Positions 1 to 13,442 of a stretch of 64,000 bases of DNA are shown here, piece by piece (the first letter of the stretch is position 1; each line of letters starts with the position of its first letter). A program made the translations under genes and the position numbers. The notes under the pieces are model-generated. The model was given only the letters and a program-made list of their open reading frames with translations. It did no database searches and was not told the DNA's origin. The stretch is from Chlorokybus atmophyticus (lineage: Eukaryota; Plantae; Mesostigma and Chlorokybus algae): the NCBI GenBank assembly GCA_009103225.1, contig RHPI01002438.1:1122755-1186754 (forward strand). The letters are read 5' to 3'.

Positions 1-47
1 GTGTGTGGGGGGTGGGGTGGGTGGGTGGGGGCGCGCAAGCACGCACG

Positions 48-52
<5 letters not shown>

Positions 53-84
<32 letters not shown>
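53..84. repeat. (GA)n microsatellite abutting an assembly gap
   Basis: Pure AG dinucleotide run ending at the first N (85). Confidence 0.95.
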
Positions 85-866
85 NNNNNNNNNNNNNNNN
101 NNNNNNNNNNNNNNNNNNNNNNNNNNNNNNNNNNNNNNNNNNNNNNNNNNNNNNNNNNNNNNNNNNNNNNNNNNNNNNNNNNNNNNNNNNNNNNNNNNNN
201 NNNNNNNNNNNNNNNNNNNNNNNNNNNNNNNNNNNNNNNNNNNNNNNNNNNNNNNNNNNNNNNNNNNNNNNNNNNNNNNNNNNNNNNNNNNNNNNNNNNN
301 NNNNNNNNNNNNNNNNNNNNNNNNNNNNNNNNNNNNNNNNNNNNNNNNNNNNNNNNNNNNNNNNNNNNNNNNNNNNNNNNNNNNNNNNNNNNNNNNNNNN
401 NNNNNNNNNNNNNNNNNNNNNNNNNNNNNNNNNNNNNNNNNNNNNNNNNNNNNNNNNNNNNNNNNNNNNNNNNNNNNNNNNNNNNNNNNNNNNNNNNNNN
501 NNNNNNNNNNNNNNNNNNNNNNNNNNNNNNNNNNNNNNNNNNNNNNNNNNNNNNNNNNNNNNNNNNNNNNNNNNNNNNNNNNNNNNNNNNNNNNNNNNNN
601 NNNNNNNNNNNNNNNNNNNNNNNNNNNNNNNNNNNNNNNNNNNNNNNNNNNNNNNNNNNNNNNNNNNNNNNNNNNNNNNNNNNNNNNNNNNNNNNNNNNN
701 NNNNNNNNNNNNNNNNNNNNNNNNNNNNNNNNNNNNNNNNNNNNNNNNNNNNNNNNNNNNNNNNNNNNNNNNNNNNNNNNNNNNNNNNNNNNNNNNNNNN
801 NNNNNNNNNNNNNNNNNNNNNNNNNNNNNNNNNNNNNNNNNNNNNNNNNNNNNNNNNNNNNNNNNN
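85..866. other. Assembly gap (782 N)
   Basis: Continuous N run. Confidence 1.
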
Positions 867-991
867 GAGCGAGGGAGGGAGCGAGCGAGGGAGGGAGCGA
901 GCGAGGGAGGGAGCGGGAAAGGGAGGGAGGGAGCGGGAGGGGGAGGGAGGGAGGGGGGGAGGGGGGGAGCGAGCGAGCGAGCGAGCGAGCG

Positions 992-1033
<42 letters not shown>
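867..1033. repeat. Purine-rich GAGC/GAGG/(GA)n low-complexity repeat
   Basis: Mixed gagg/gagc units grading into (GA)n to the right of the gap. Confidence 0.95.
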
Positions 1034-1035
<2 letters not shown>

Positions 1036-1960
1036 GACCCGCCTGTAAACCAAAAACAGTAATTGACCTTATTTAGGCAGGAGTAGACCGCCGACAAGAA
1101 GGTTGCAAGCACCGCCGCTTGTGTTCAGCAAAAATGACGTTTGCGCAAGTCTAACAGTGTACAAGCTACCCCAATACTGCCGCCTTCCCCGCCGATGCTG
1201 CAGCCACCGAAGTCTTTGGCTTTACGTGCTACACCTGGGACAGGATACCCATGAGACATGTTCTTTGCTGAGTTCCCCTGCCAGGAGAACTCAGCAAAGA
1301 CAAGCCCTGCACTGGGCAGTGCCAGGGTTTTGTTTCTGCCAGCTTGAACTTCTTATCCCAGGCAACGCACATGTTGAGGTGTGCGGTTTCAACATAGTGA
1401 GATTTGGTTCGCAGTCGTTTGCATGGTGCATCTGCGTAAAATTGGATACAAGATGTTCATAACAGGACCATGACAATGCTCACAACGCTCAACGCACGGG
1501 TTGCTGATGCATTCTTCAGCAATTCAAGCCTGCTAGCATGGGCTGCAACATGAGGGCATTCCTGGTAGGCTTGTGTCTGCAGGTGAGATGATAGGTCACC
1601 TGCTGTATGCAAGAATCTGGAGCTGCTTGAGACAATAGCATGTCACACATCTGATGCCACACAACGTGTCAACGCCTAACCCAAAGCGGAGACTTACAGC
1701 AAGTCCAGGCAACCAAGCAGGCTGCCCACAGTTGTCACGTGGTGGTTACGCTCAACGACTGTACAGCTGGTAAATCATGGCCTGTCCAGCGAATGCCCTG
1801 CCTGTGTATATCCTGCCAAGCCCAATACCTGTCACGTTGTAGTAAGGAATTATGACTGTACAAATGGCCAGCAAGTAATAGCTCTTCAGCCATCGCCCTA
1901 CAATTTGGCATAATCGCTACTGCTAAGTAATCTATCATGGCTCTCTGCTGGTCATACACC

Positions 1961-4900
1961 TCAGAGTTGCACTGCAGAGGTACTGTCTGTCGGATCTGCT
2001 TTGACTGCCACCTGCGGCAGATCTGCTGAACAACCTACTCGAGGCTTTTTCTCAGCGCTCCCTGAGCCTCCTTCTAATGGCCTCTTCGGATCCGACAAGC
2101 CTGCTCTTGAGGATGGAACACTCGAAGCTTGCATGCATGGGGGGATTGCTGTCCGCTCAGCCTTGACGGTTACGTGCGGATAGGATGGCACATTCTCTTT
2201 GTTGTCCGTGTCGATCTTCACTGGACTCAACTGACTGGCATCCAGCTTGTGCTCTAGCTTCACCGGCACTTTGGGTTCGTCGTCTTCATCGTCAATCAGG
2301 TTCACAATGTCATCATCATCGTCAATAACGATAGACTGTCTCCTGACAACGGGTGTGCGGCTTGCAGTGCCTGCTGCTCGTGCAGGGTTGTCATCATCGT
2401 CGAGTACAATCGCTTCTTTTTTGACAGAGTCAGGTACATGGGCTGGTGTGCTGAATGCTGATGTACTTGTAGCCTGCGGCTGAGAGCTTAATTGTCATTC
2501 CATGCTTGTTGAGTGCGTAATAAAGTACTTGTGCATGACTGATACCTGATCAGAGTGCATAACATGTGCTTGTGGAACGAAGAGAATCTCATCAGCTTGT
2601 GAACTCGCTGCATCGTCTTCATCCCTGTCCCCATCCTCATCATCAGAGATAGGAGCATAGAGATCATCCAATTTGGCCAGTTCCCAGCAATGTCGCGGCG
2701 CAGCCTGGTTGCCTCCACGTGTTTGTGGTATAGCAGCCGGAGTGTTAGCGGATTGGGGTCGAGATGTTGAGGGACTATCCATTGAAGCCTGCATGCACAC
2801 AAACTCGTATGAGTTGCTCAGCCAAGAAGTTGTTACAGCAAGTAAGCACTTACAAACTGCGCGGCAGGTCGAGGTCCTGTCCTTGGTGTGTGGATCGGTC
2901 GACTCTCGTTCACAAGTGGTGGCTCAGGCACCTGTTAATCCAGCTATGAGTATGCAAGACAGCTATTCTTGAAGTCCCATCTCAGGGTGTGCACAAAAGA
3001 CAGCTGCATTACAACAGTTGTGCGTGTCACACATGTTGCACATGCCACCTTGTGGTGCCGCACGGAGCAGACAATGTGCATCTGAGACAGGTTACGTGCG
3101 ACTGCAAGTAACCTGTCTCAGATGACATAATCAACAAGCGTGCATACATACCTCTTCCCACAGGCCGGATGTGCGGAGGCGCTGCAGCTCTTCTCTACTC
3201 ACTGGTGCCGTCTTAGACATCCTGTTTGTCGGCCGGTGACCTGAACCGACGAGCACCATTGCTTGCGAAGCACGCCTATCTGAGGTTGCCGCGGGCGTGG
3301 CCGGGGGTGCATCATCGTCAAGCTCACGAGCGAGAAGTGGTGCTGTCTCCAGCACACGCAACAACAACTGTACAAGCTCGCTTTTATTCGAGCACAAGGC
3401 TGTGCTGTGGCCTCGCTCTTCGATCAAGGCTGTAATCTTTTTCCTTGACATTGCCTGAACAGCGGCCCTCACATCGCCTTCAAACAGAGTCTCTTCTGGC
3501 ATGAGTTCTGCTTCGGGCACAGAAAGCTCCTGGCATGTGTTTGTTGGACTGCCGTTGGGTTCGTCAGTCGGCTTGTTGTTGCCATTCTCCATCTGATGTC
3601 GTTGTTTTGCTGCTTCGGCCCATAACAACCTAATGTCTCGCACGCAGGCCCCAATGGCAGATTGGTGGATGTATAAGCCAACAACAGCATCCTTCCCCTC
3701 TGCGACAGCAAAACACGCATGAACAACCAGAAACCTGCAACAGGCTCAACACCCGTGTGATAAGCTCATCTGCAATATGCTTGCCAGGCACTGCGCGATG
3801 GAGATGAAGCCCACGTCTGCCAGATCCAGAGGCTACTTTTCCACCTGTGGACTTTTCAATGGTTTTGTACACTTGCAAAATGCCGCCGCTTAGCAGATGA
3901 ACCTACAAAAAGGAACACATGTGAGGACAAATAGCTCACACGCATCAGTGACGGCAATGGAGTCAAGCGACCGCGCTGGTGTGCCTGCGCACCGTTGAAG
4001 GGTGCGCTTGTTGAGTCTGCTGTTGCCATGTAATTCTATAACTCTTCAGTTGCGCAGGTGTTGGCACCACCGCATTGTCAGCCTTAGGGTGAGACATGAC
4101 CAGCTTGTATTTGGCTTTCAGCTCAACAAGGCTAGGCCTTTCACCCGAATAACCTGAGCGAGGTCTCTGTTGCACAAAGGAAAACTTACAATGATGGAGA
4201 CCTTCCAAAATGCTGACGCCAGCACACAGCAAAGTGATAGCTGACCAGCATCAGAAAGTGGGTGAAGCTTTCTGCCTTGTGCCTGTAGGGTGACACGTCA
4301 TGTCGAACTTCAACTGCCAGACACATGTTCTGCGTGTGCAAGCTGGCTTGACTCCGGGGCAGGTAAAATCCATCATAGGGACCTGCAAGCAGAGGCACAC
4401 AAGTTGTAAGGCTTGCACTGCATCGAACTTCAAAGTCATCTCGCAGTGCTGATATACCAGTTTGCTACCTGGATGCTTGTACAACTCTAAGCGCTGCAGT
4501 GCAACCTCGAAGGTAGTGCCTGCATTCAACTGCAACTGGTGGTGAACCAGCTGAGCACCTGTCTGCAGGTTCTGATACAGCACCTGTGTGCGGCAAAAGT
4601 TGGGAAAATCTTGCGATTGATGCAACCGCAGTGTGTTGGATTACTACGGCGACTCACCTGTGGGGTTTCAAGCTCCGTAATCTTATCGCACTGAAACTCC
4701 AGAATGCTGTCACTATATGACCGGTCTGTGATGGCCAGCGCAACGCCTCCATCATACAAGCATGAGAAGTATTCGAACAGCTGGTTCTGTAACAGTCGGA
4801 AAAATTGATACACGCAGTTTATATATGTGGCAAGTGCCATGTACCGTTCAGAAACGAAAAACAAGAGATGTGGACTTTGCCAGCTACCAGCCAACAAGAA

Positions 4901-7900
4901 GCGACTTCATCGACATTCATCCAACATCAAACACAACTGTGGGTCCCATGCTCAATGTCTGCACATGTGAATGATGAGCTGCAGCAGAAAAAAGGCTGCA
5001 CCTGGATATCGATTGGTAGACCAAGCAGCCTGTTCAGGAATCCGGGGACACTGCCTGTGGAAATAGCAATACGTGCGATGATAAGCTAAGTACAGGACAC
5101 CTGAATCAATGTCTCGTTCATACCTTTGCGTGGTTGAATACCACCTGAGGGATCGCGCTTGAAGTAACCCACCTGCATCACCAATAGGTCAATATACAGC
5201 ATCCTGTTGATGCACCGGAGTTGAAGCTATATCTAGATGCTGCGAGCACCGCATGCTAAAGCCAACACACGCACCTTGACTAAATAGTCTTTTGCAGTGT
5301 GACAGAACTCGCTGATGGCCCTTGCTCGATCCGCAGCCGCTGAGATGAATTCAGGGACGGGCTCCCCAGTAGCAACCCAGCTGGCACAACGAAGAGAGTC
5401 ATGTACTCATATACTCATGTACTGTGAAAGCAGGGAGGCACAGAAGCGGTGAGTGGATGTTCATATGGCGTGCCTTTGTTGAATTTGCTCACCCAGAAAT
5501 GAGTATGTTCTGCAGCTTGGTAATGGCTTCTCGCCCGTACTTGTTCGCAATGTCAAATTCGCGCATGTCGTTGGCACTGTTGTGCACTCGGCGATCCCCT
5601 TGCACAAGAGCACCCAGGGACTGCAATCGACTGGCAACAGCCGAAGCAAAGCGCTGCTCACCAGCCACATCCGTCACAACCAGATGGTAGCGTGGAGCTG
5701 ACACCTGAACAACGATATCATCATGCACACATAAAACGAGCACAAGATAAGGCCAATTTACCAGGTTTATGGCGAGTACATGTGAGTGAGCACAGTGCAA
5801 GCACAACAACTCACTTGGTTGGAGCGGTGTGTCCTGCCCAGCTGTTGCACAGCCTTGTCTGCAGACCATGGCAGTTCCAGAGTGATGTGGTTGCGCCGGC
5901 GTTGGTTTTTGGCTTTCCTGTCCGCCTGCATACACGCAATCGCTAGTATTGAACAACGCCTTGTTCACAACACAAAGAGCAACTGCATTTGTGTTGTTCA
6001 AACGGTACCTGCAACGATATGCCTGCTGATGCTGCATCGCTAATGATGCAGACAAGCTTGCCACCGCTCTGGAAGTGCTCCTTCTCTATGATGTTGACCT
6101 GCAGGACAGCCCAATAACGTTAACAGGCTCATACTTATGCCAGTATGCAGGTATGCATCACAAGCAGTTGGTACATGCGGCGATAACGCGTACACATAAG
6201 CGCAAGCCTGGTGAACTATGTTGGAAACGGATGGCTGCACTTTTGAAGGCAATTGAGCAGAGGAGTACCAGCAAACTGCATCAATCAACCGGAGTGCATC
6301 ACAAGCACCTTGTCACCACTGACGCCATCTGCCTTTGCTCTTTTCTCGAGCACGGTGACTCCGTTCTTTTTCACAAAGTGCTGCTTTCGGCCAGTCATTT
6401 CTGCCACCTTTGAGGACCCACCCAACCTAAGCGCACGGTGGTGGCTTATATATGCATCAATTCACTTCTGCGCTGTCAACCAACACGTACTATGCAAGCA
6501 TCACATACTGTGCTTTGAGGTTGTCCAACGGATTGGAAGGCAGGACCAAGTCAATGGCTTCGCTCAAAAGCTCCTCGCATCTAACACGAAACTTGGGATC
6601 CTTTGAGACACCTGCAGTCTGCTTAATTGTCTCAGTCAACAGCTGCACAGGTGCTGAGGCAAAGTCGTCCGCGTCAACATCTGCATAAGTATGGTTGGCT
6701 TAACATTGAGAAAGTCTCAAGCAGATATTCACATGACACGCGTGCCCACGCACACGAGCCCATAGAGACAACCATGATATGACACCTGCGTGCATCACCA
6801 TTGTCGTGTGCTACCTGGCTTGCTTCCTGACATGCGTGCAGCCGCTTCTGCTCGCTGCTGGTGAGCCTCGCCAGTTGTCTGCAGGCCAATAACAACTGCC
6901 TCTCCATTGGCAAGCGCAGCTTTGGCAATGCGTACGACGGTTTCCACCTGCATGTCTTGCATTGCATTAGCGTGAAGGCACGGGCATGCACAGCGATGCT
7001 GCAGCTGTGTGTGCCTTACCTTGACAGCCACGCACAGCTGGCGAAAGAAGCGCTGATGCGAGGCCCAGAAGAGACCAAGCGTCTGGTAGACAGGAAAAGG
7101 CAAACCCATGATAACCAAACAGATACCGCAACCAACTCATTGTAGTGCATGGTGTAATAAACGCACCATTGGCACGCGAGGTTCAGCTGGCCACTTTTCA
7201 GTTTTTCTTGCTGCAGTGGCCTTGGTCAGGGTATCAAACAGCTCAACCCACATATTTGCACAACGGTCATAAAGGTCGCGCATCTCAGGGCTCAAAGTCG
7301 CCCTGTGGATGATGGACTCCGCATGCTTGTAACTGAGTGCCCGGCTAACAAACTGCGAATTGGCCTTCATCTGCATGGAGAGCAGCTCCATAACGCTGCG
7401 AGCAAAGGTGTAAGCATATGCATCAATCGATGTTCACAGCCATGCGGAATTTCTGATTACCCCACTCCGCGATTTTCAACTTTCTCCCTTAGCTCCCTGC
7501 ACACGAACAGGTCTCATTGTAAAGACCGCATGTCATGCTTGAAGTAGCAAATAACCTCAGCATCTCAGCAAAAATGCTCTTACTTGAAATCAAAGAAAGG
7601 GGCATCCCGAAAACCCCACAGACCCAACCGAGGCATGTACAACAAGTTTAAGGGCTCAGTAGCCCCAGTAGCCGATACATACATCACTCTGGCCCTACAG
7701 CCATTGTCGTGTCAGCAGCATTGTTGGTGCTGGAGTTGAGAGGTAGAAGTAACACGCATTGCATGATATCATACTTGGGCAAGCGAAGTTGTAGCCTTAT
7801 AACAGCGTCTGCGGTTTGCGTCCCGACTAGCTTTTGTTTATTGAAAAACGACCTCTTTGGCTCGTCGAGATCGTCATCATCTGCGTAAGGATCTTCTATG

Positions 7901-9628
7901 TCAATCTCCTCGCCATCCATGGCCTGGTTTGCCTGATTCTGTAAATTTTGATACATGGTGGCCTTTTCTAAGCCTGCATTCTTTGCCTGTGGATAGTTGT
8001 CACTCAAGTCAGCCGTCAATACGCACCAAGCGCACATAGCCTTAATACAAACGATACGCAGAATACCAGACCATACACTTGCTAACGGGGATTTAAGACA
8101 AAACAGACATTGTGAACACGACTGACGAAAAGCTTACTTTGTGTGCTTCATCATAGATGATCAGCCCATCAAACGACGAGCCTCCGCACCACTCGATAAG
8201 TTGCTCCTGCACAAGATGTGGTCCGCAGGCTGCCTCAAATGCTACCGGCTTCTCATAGAAGAACACAGGACACATGGACAACATGTAACATACCATGCGA
8301 GTCTGGGAGGCGCTTTTGGCAATCAGCGTGTTGTATGTGGCGAAAATAACTCCGCTGTCCAGCCTGACCAACAGAGTGTGTGAGTGCTGCCACCATCACA
8401 ACGAGCCATTTGTCAGCACTGCCTGCTTATTACAAAGCATGCACAGCATTACAAGAGCCAACAGCAGTACCCTGCCATGCTTGAAAGGTCGCCATAGCCA
8501 TACTGCTTGAGCGCATGTAAGTGAATGTACTTGAGAGCATCCAAATCAGCCAAATCCCGCTTGGCATCCAAATGCAAATCAGCTGACGCCGACAGCCAGA
8601 TGTGCTGCACCAATGTCAACGTCAGGAAGCTGCATCACCCATACTCAGAGTTGAGTAGCGATTGCACGTAAGAACCTATGCACATTGCCGTGCACATGTC
8701 ACATTCTGCGCTGACCCAACCTTCACGCTGCACCAAAGTGCATGCAATGCTGGTCAAATAATGCAGTGCAATGCGTACACTACGTGGCAGCCTAGCACAA
8801 ATCTATAAGCATCACACGGTGCAGAACCAACACCCCCGATGCCAATAAACCTAACATTGTCAACACTCACTTTGGTCCTCCCCCGGAAGACATTTTCCAC
8901 AACAACAGCTGCAATCTGGCGGCCTTTCCCAACCCCGGCGCCTGCAAGAACACAATGCTGTAACTTAACAGGAAAGAGATGCACCGAATAGCCAGGAGCG
9001 TGTGTCAGGCTCTGTACCATCAGCCAAGAAGAACCCTCTGCGAGGCCCATTGTCCGGTAAGAACTTTTCATGCTGGTGGCAAGCAAGCAGCACTGTCTCC
9101 AACTGCAACTGCGACAGGCCTCGTATGGTAGCGGGTGGCAGTGCAATCTGTGCAACGGCGGACAGTTTAGCGCACTTCATGAAGAACCATACCATGCAAC
9201 TGCTTAGAGAGTCTCCAACAACAAGGCAAACTACCTTGTATCGACCTGCCAAGTCTGGTGTCTGCACGGATGACAAGCCGGCAGCCTCAACCACCGGGTC
9301 GGGGTGAGGGTTGCCTATGGTGATGTGCTTCGGGTCATACTCGCAGAACTGTAGTGCAACACACATCGTCACAATGACACAACTTGCGCATGACATTTGA
9401 ACTAGATTCTTGACAAGTACCAGTAAGGACTGCATGTACCGTGACTGAAGCGACTCCCCCGGCCATGTCGTCCTTTGGTTCTGCACCAGCTTGCGGCATG
9501 GCTCCATTGCCAGCAGCAGCAGTGTTGAAGCCAGCTGCATCGAAGGGAGGAGCTGCCGTACCGTCCTCATTGCGCTTGCCAAACAGCTGTTCTGCCAGAA
9601 GCTTGGCAATCTCAGCAAGCTTTTCCAT
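1961..9628 (-). CDS. Strawberry notch-like (SBNO/FGT1 family) SF2-type helicase-like protein, multi-exon, with a long acidic C-terminal extension
   Basis: Spliced exons give hallmark SBNO motifs: [27 protein letters not shown] (9250-9350), GFFLADG|[10 protein letters not shown] (8900-9040), [100 protein letters not shown] (~5810-5880), [25 protein letters not shown] and [16 protein letters not shown]. The start (ATG 9628) and stop (1961) are best guesses. Confidence 0.9.
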
Positions 9629-10884
9629 GTTGCTGGCCTGCAAGGCGGTGAGGTGGTGAGTTTCATGGCTTCATACTTGCGCATGTTGATGGGTGCATGC
9701 GCGTGTGCGGGGTGTGTAGCTGGCTGTTTTAGCAAAAGCGTATCAAGTGACAACTGTACACTCAAGTTTCTATTCCAATAACAATCACATCTCTGTCAAT
9801 ACACACTGTTGCAACTGCATCTGAGTGCTGTTTCGATGCACTTGCAACAGTGAAACACCCCACCCCAATGATAACCACAGTCAACTGCTTCACAACGAAG
9901 GAGCTGAAATTAATGAAGTGGGCACAGGCCGGCTGTGTGACATTCTTGGGAGACGCCAAGAAACAGCAATTGATTGTTGTACACCGAGCTGATTGCCTCG
10001 AGCATGTCGTTACCAAGAGTTGTTGATCTTAACTTCACGTCATCAAACGAGTATGACAGCAGTTCATTCTGCGCTGTATGTAAGCTTTCGCAGCTCCTTG
10101 TGTGCGTCTATACATGTGTGCGTGAATGAAGAAGGAACAGTGCTTCCTCCTCCTATGCAGTGCTTCATGAAGCGCTGGACTACATGCAGCTAACAACTAC
10201 TCCACGCGGCACAACAACTGCAATGGCTGTATGCACACCACCTGTGGTCGAGGGGCCGGCTTAGCCGGCATAGCAGACTGTGCGCTGCTTGCGCACAGCA
10301 CACGACTTGTTTTCACGCAGGCAGCAATAACATTGCCATCATAGCATGCGCTTCTCCAGCTCCAACTTCTCACTCGCAGAAAGCCTTTTGCTTAGCTCCA
10401 GCTTTCACCTCAGCTCACCAAACACTCCCACAGCAGGGGCTAAGCGTGCTGCTGCTGCTGCCTCCTGGAAGCAAGAAGAGACGATGTCTTCCTCCAGCTG
10501 TATCAGCTATACCAGCTGTTCTATTCTTGACAGACAGCAAACACCTCAATAGCTAGCCCTCAACCAGCTCCAAGCCTCCTCCCCACGACAACACCGCCGC
10601 CGCCGCCGCCGCCGCTGTAACAGTAGCAACAAGCTGGCGCTAAAGCAAAGTTTGAAGCAGGCTTCCGCCACATCAAATCAGACCAAAACTTCACGTTGGA
10701 AAAACCAAAATCATTGCAACGTTGACGCCTACGGTAACGTTACTGCCGAACCGTCGGATTGAAGCAGCGATACTTGACGTGAACGGTGTCGATAAAGGCG
10801 GCGGCGGCGGTGGCGACTGGGTTGGGCTTGTTGCCGTTAAGGTGGTTGCTGTTGACGACTTGGGAGGTGGCGTAGGAGTACTGG

Positions 10885-12754
10885 ATGGTGAAGACGTGCG
10901 AGCTGTGCTTCGAGCGGCGGGCGGCGCTGCGGAGGCCCAAAACGCACCAGCAGGTGGTTGCCAAAGAGATGAACACACAGCTCTGCTTGGGGCTGCATGT
11001 GGTTGCCAAAGACACGAACTATGTCAATGAATACAAGTGGCATGCATGTGTTGTGTGCACGTTGTAAATGCCGACGAAGTAATCTGAATGTAAGCAAAAA
11101 AGGAAAACAGCACAAGTTGAAGCTGCGTCACAAGTGTGGTTGCAGTCGCTTGTTGCTGTCAACGTTGCTCACAGCTGCTGCGGCAACGTGGCACTCGTTG
11201 ACTCAAGATGCTGCACAGGTCAAGCATTTTAGTGACATGTATTGTGTGTTTAGTGTGATGGATCATGGATCTCCTTCTCAGCTTGCATGCATGAATCAGT
11301 GCTTGCTGCAAGTTAGTTGGCCATGACTGAAAGCAGCTACCCAAAGGTTGATATTGCTTTCGCACAACCCTCCACTCTTGCTTGTTTATTGTTACGGTAC
11401 TAGCGTGCTTGGTTTTGTGTTGATTCAACTGTACTGAGATTTGTTCTTGTCGGCATGTGAAGCTGTGGTGTGCTTAGCTTTGGACGGGCTTTGCAGGTTT
11501 GCCGCGAGTGCTTTTACGAGGCTTTTGAGGCTGAGATTCACAAGACAATTGTGGACAACAGGTTGTTTGTGCGAGGGGAGCGCGTTGCAATAGGCGCCTC
11601 AGGCGGCAAAGGCAAGAACTCAACTGAGAAGTGGTGTTGCCAGTTGCTTGCGACTTGCCCATCTGCAATCACTTGAAGTAACTTGTGGGTCTGCAGACTC
11701 AACGGTGCTTGCGCATGTGTTGACGCTACTTAACTCACGACACAGTTATGGTCTTGACCTGTTCTTGCTGTCCATCGATGAGGGCATCACGGGGTACCGA
11801 GACGACTCGCTGGAGACGGTCAAGCGCAATGAAAAGCAGTATGGCATCCCTTTGAAGGCAAGTTGCGCCTTGTACGTGTGCTTGTGTTGCTTGTTGGGAT
11901 GTGGGCTGCTGTGGATTGATTCGCGACCAATCAAATCTTGTCACACAAGTTAGTCCAGTGTTCATACTTGTACCTGAAGTTTGTGCAACAGATCCTGTCA
12001 TATAAGGAACTCTATGGCTGGTCCATGGACGAGATTGTGAAAGAGATCGGAAGAAAGAACAACTGTACATTCTGCGGTGTTTTCAGGCGACAAGCTCTGG
12101 ACAGAGGTAACATTCAACCTGCATGTTGTGTGCCAAATGCAGCAGTCGCCTTCTCAGTGTCCGCGTGTGCTTGCGCATGCATGTATCACAGTGTAACCTC
12201 TCACTGCAGGTGCTGCAATGATGGGAGCAACCAAGATGGCCACGGGGCACAACGCGGATGACATTGCAGAGACAGTGCTGTTGAACATCCTACGTGGGGA
12301 TGTTCCCCGCCTCAGCCGGTGCACGTCCGTTATCACGGGCGAGAACAGCGTCCTGCCGCGCTGCAAACCCTTCAAGTACACATACGAAAAGGAGATTGTC
12401 ATGTACGCATACTTCAAGCAGCTGGACTACTTCTCCACCGAGTGCGTGTACTCACCATTCGCATACCGAGGCTTTGCGCGGGAGTTCATCAAGGACTTGG
12501 AAGCCATTCGTCCAGCTGCCATCATCGATATCATCAGGTCGGGAGAGGAGTTTTGCTTTGATGTCTCCTTCAAGATGCCAGAGCAAAGACGCTGCGAACG
12601 CTGCAACTATATATCAAGTCAGAAGCTTTGCAAAGCCTGCGTGTTGCTGGAGGGCCTTAACCGAGGGCTGCCAAGTCTTGGCATAAGCCGAACACGCAGA
12701 TCGGGGTCTGTTAAGTTGAGACCATCTGGCGGCCTGCCAGTTGCTGTAACATAG
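10885..12754 (+). CDS. CTU1: Cytoplasmic tRNA 2-thiolation protein 1 (CTU1/NCS6/ROL5)
   Basis: Five exons: 10885-10953, 11497-11611, 11697-11857, 11992-12106, 12210-12754. N-terminal CxxC..RPKT..CxxC zinc site, PP-loop [66 protein letters not shown], and C-terminal CxxC..CKAC. Confidence 0.97.
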
Positions 12755-13442
12755 TGTCAAGCCCTGCTTGTGTTGCTGATTCTCAGGGCATCCGCACCAG
12801 GCTAGGTCTGTTTGTATAGTTGCTCGAGTCCTGTCTGCAGGCAAAGACATTGTGTGGCAGCAGGCTGGCATGTCATGGTCTCAATCTCTGCAAGAGCGCT
12901 CCATCTGTGCTTTTTGTAATTGTACGTGTACGTGCTGTAAGCACTTGCTCAAGTACTAAAGGTTGGGGGAAAATTGGCAAGCATCCAGAATAGTTGACAT
13001 CAATAGTATGAAATTGTAATATAGCTGTAACAAGCAAGTCTTAAAGTCATATGATCTACAATGGTATGTACAAGCCATCATCTCACCCATAGTTGTGCGG
13101 TGATGTCTCGCAACAGCATGACTAGTACGATATTGTGATACAAGATGTCTGACATGTACTTTTACGCGGTTTCGTGTATAAGCCTGAAATTTGCAATTAT
13201 CAATGCGTAATCGGCATGTAGACATGCACACGTACCATGGTTTACAAATGCATGTGATCATATGCTTTGAAGGCCATGTATTCTTGCGTATGTAATGTAC
13301 AACATGTTGGCTCACATAAGCCAACATGTTCATATGTACGCCGCCTTGCTCCTCTGTGCTTCTTATTTTGAACGTGGTAATGTCTTGGTCAACATGCAAA
13401 ACAATCATGTCATAACTCAGGACAGTGTCGTGTAACACCCTA

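Noticed and set aside
1-1062. 350-aa ORFs at the window start
   Set aside because: They span the N gap and GA repeats.
1262-1300. 14-bp perfect inverted repeat (tctttgctgagttc/gaactcagcaaaga)
   Set aside because: A single short hairpin with no supporting context.
1735-1959. 74-codon frame just after the SBNO stop
   Set aside because: No homology or convincing splice link to the SBNO frame; probably 3' UTR.
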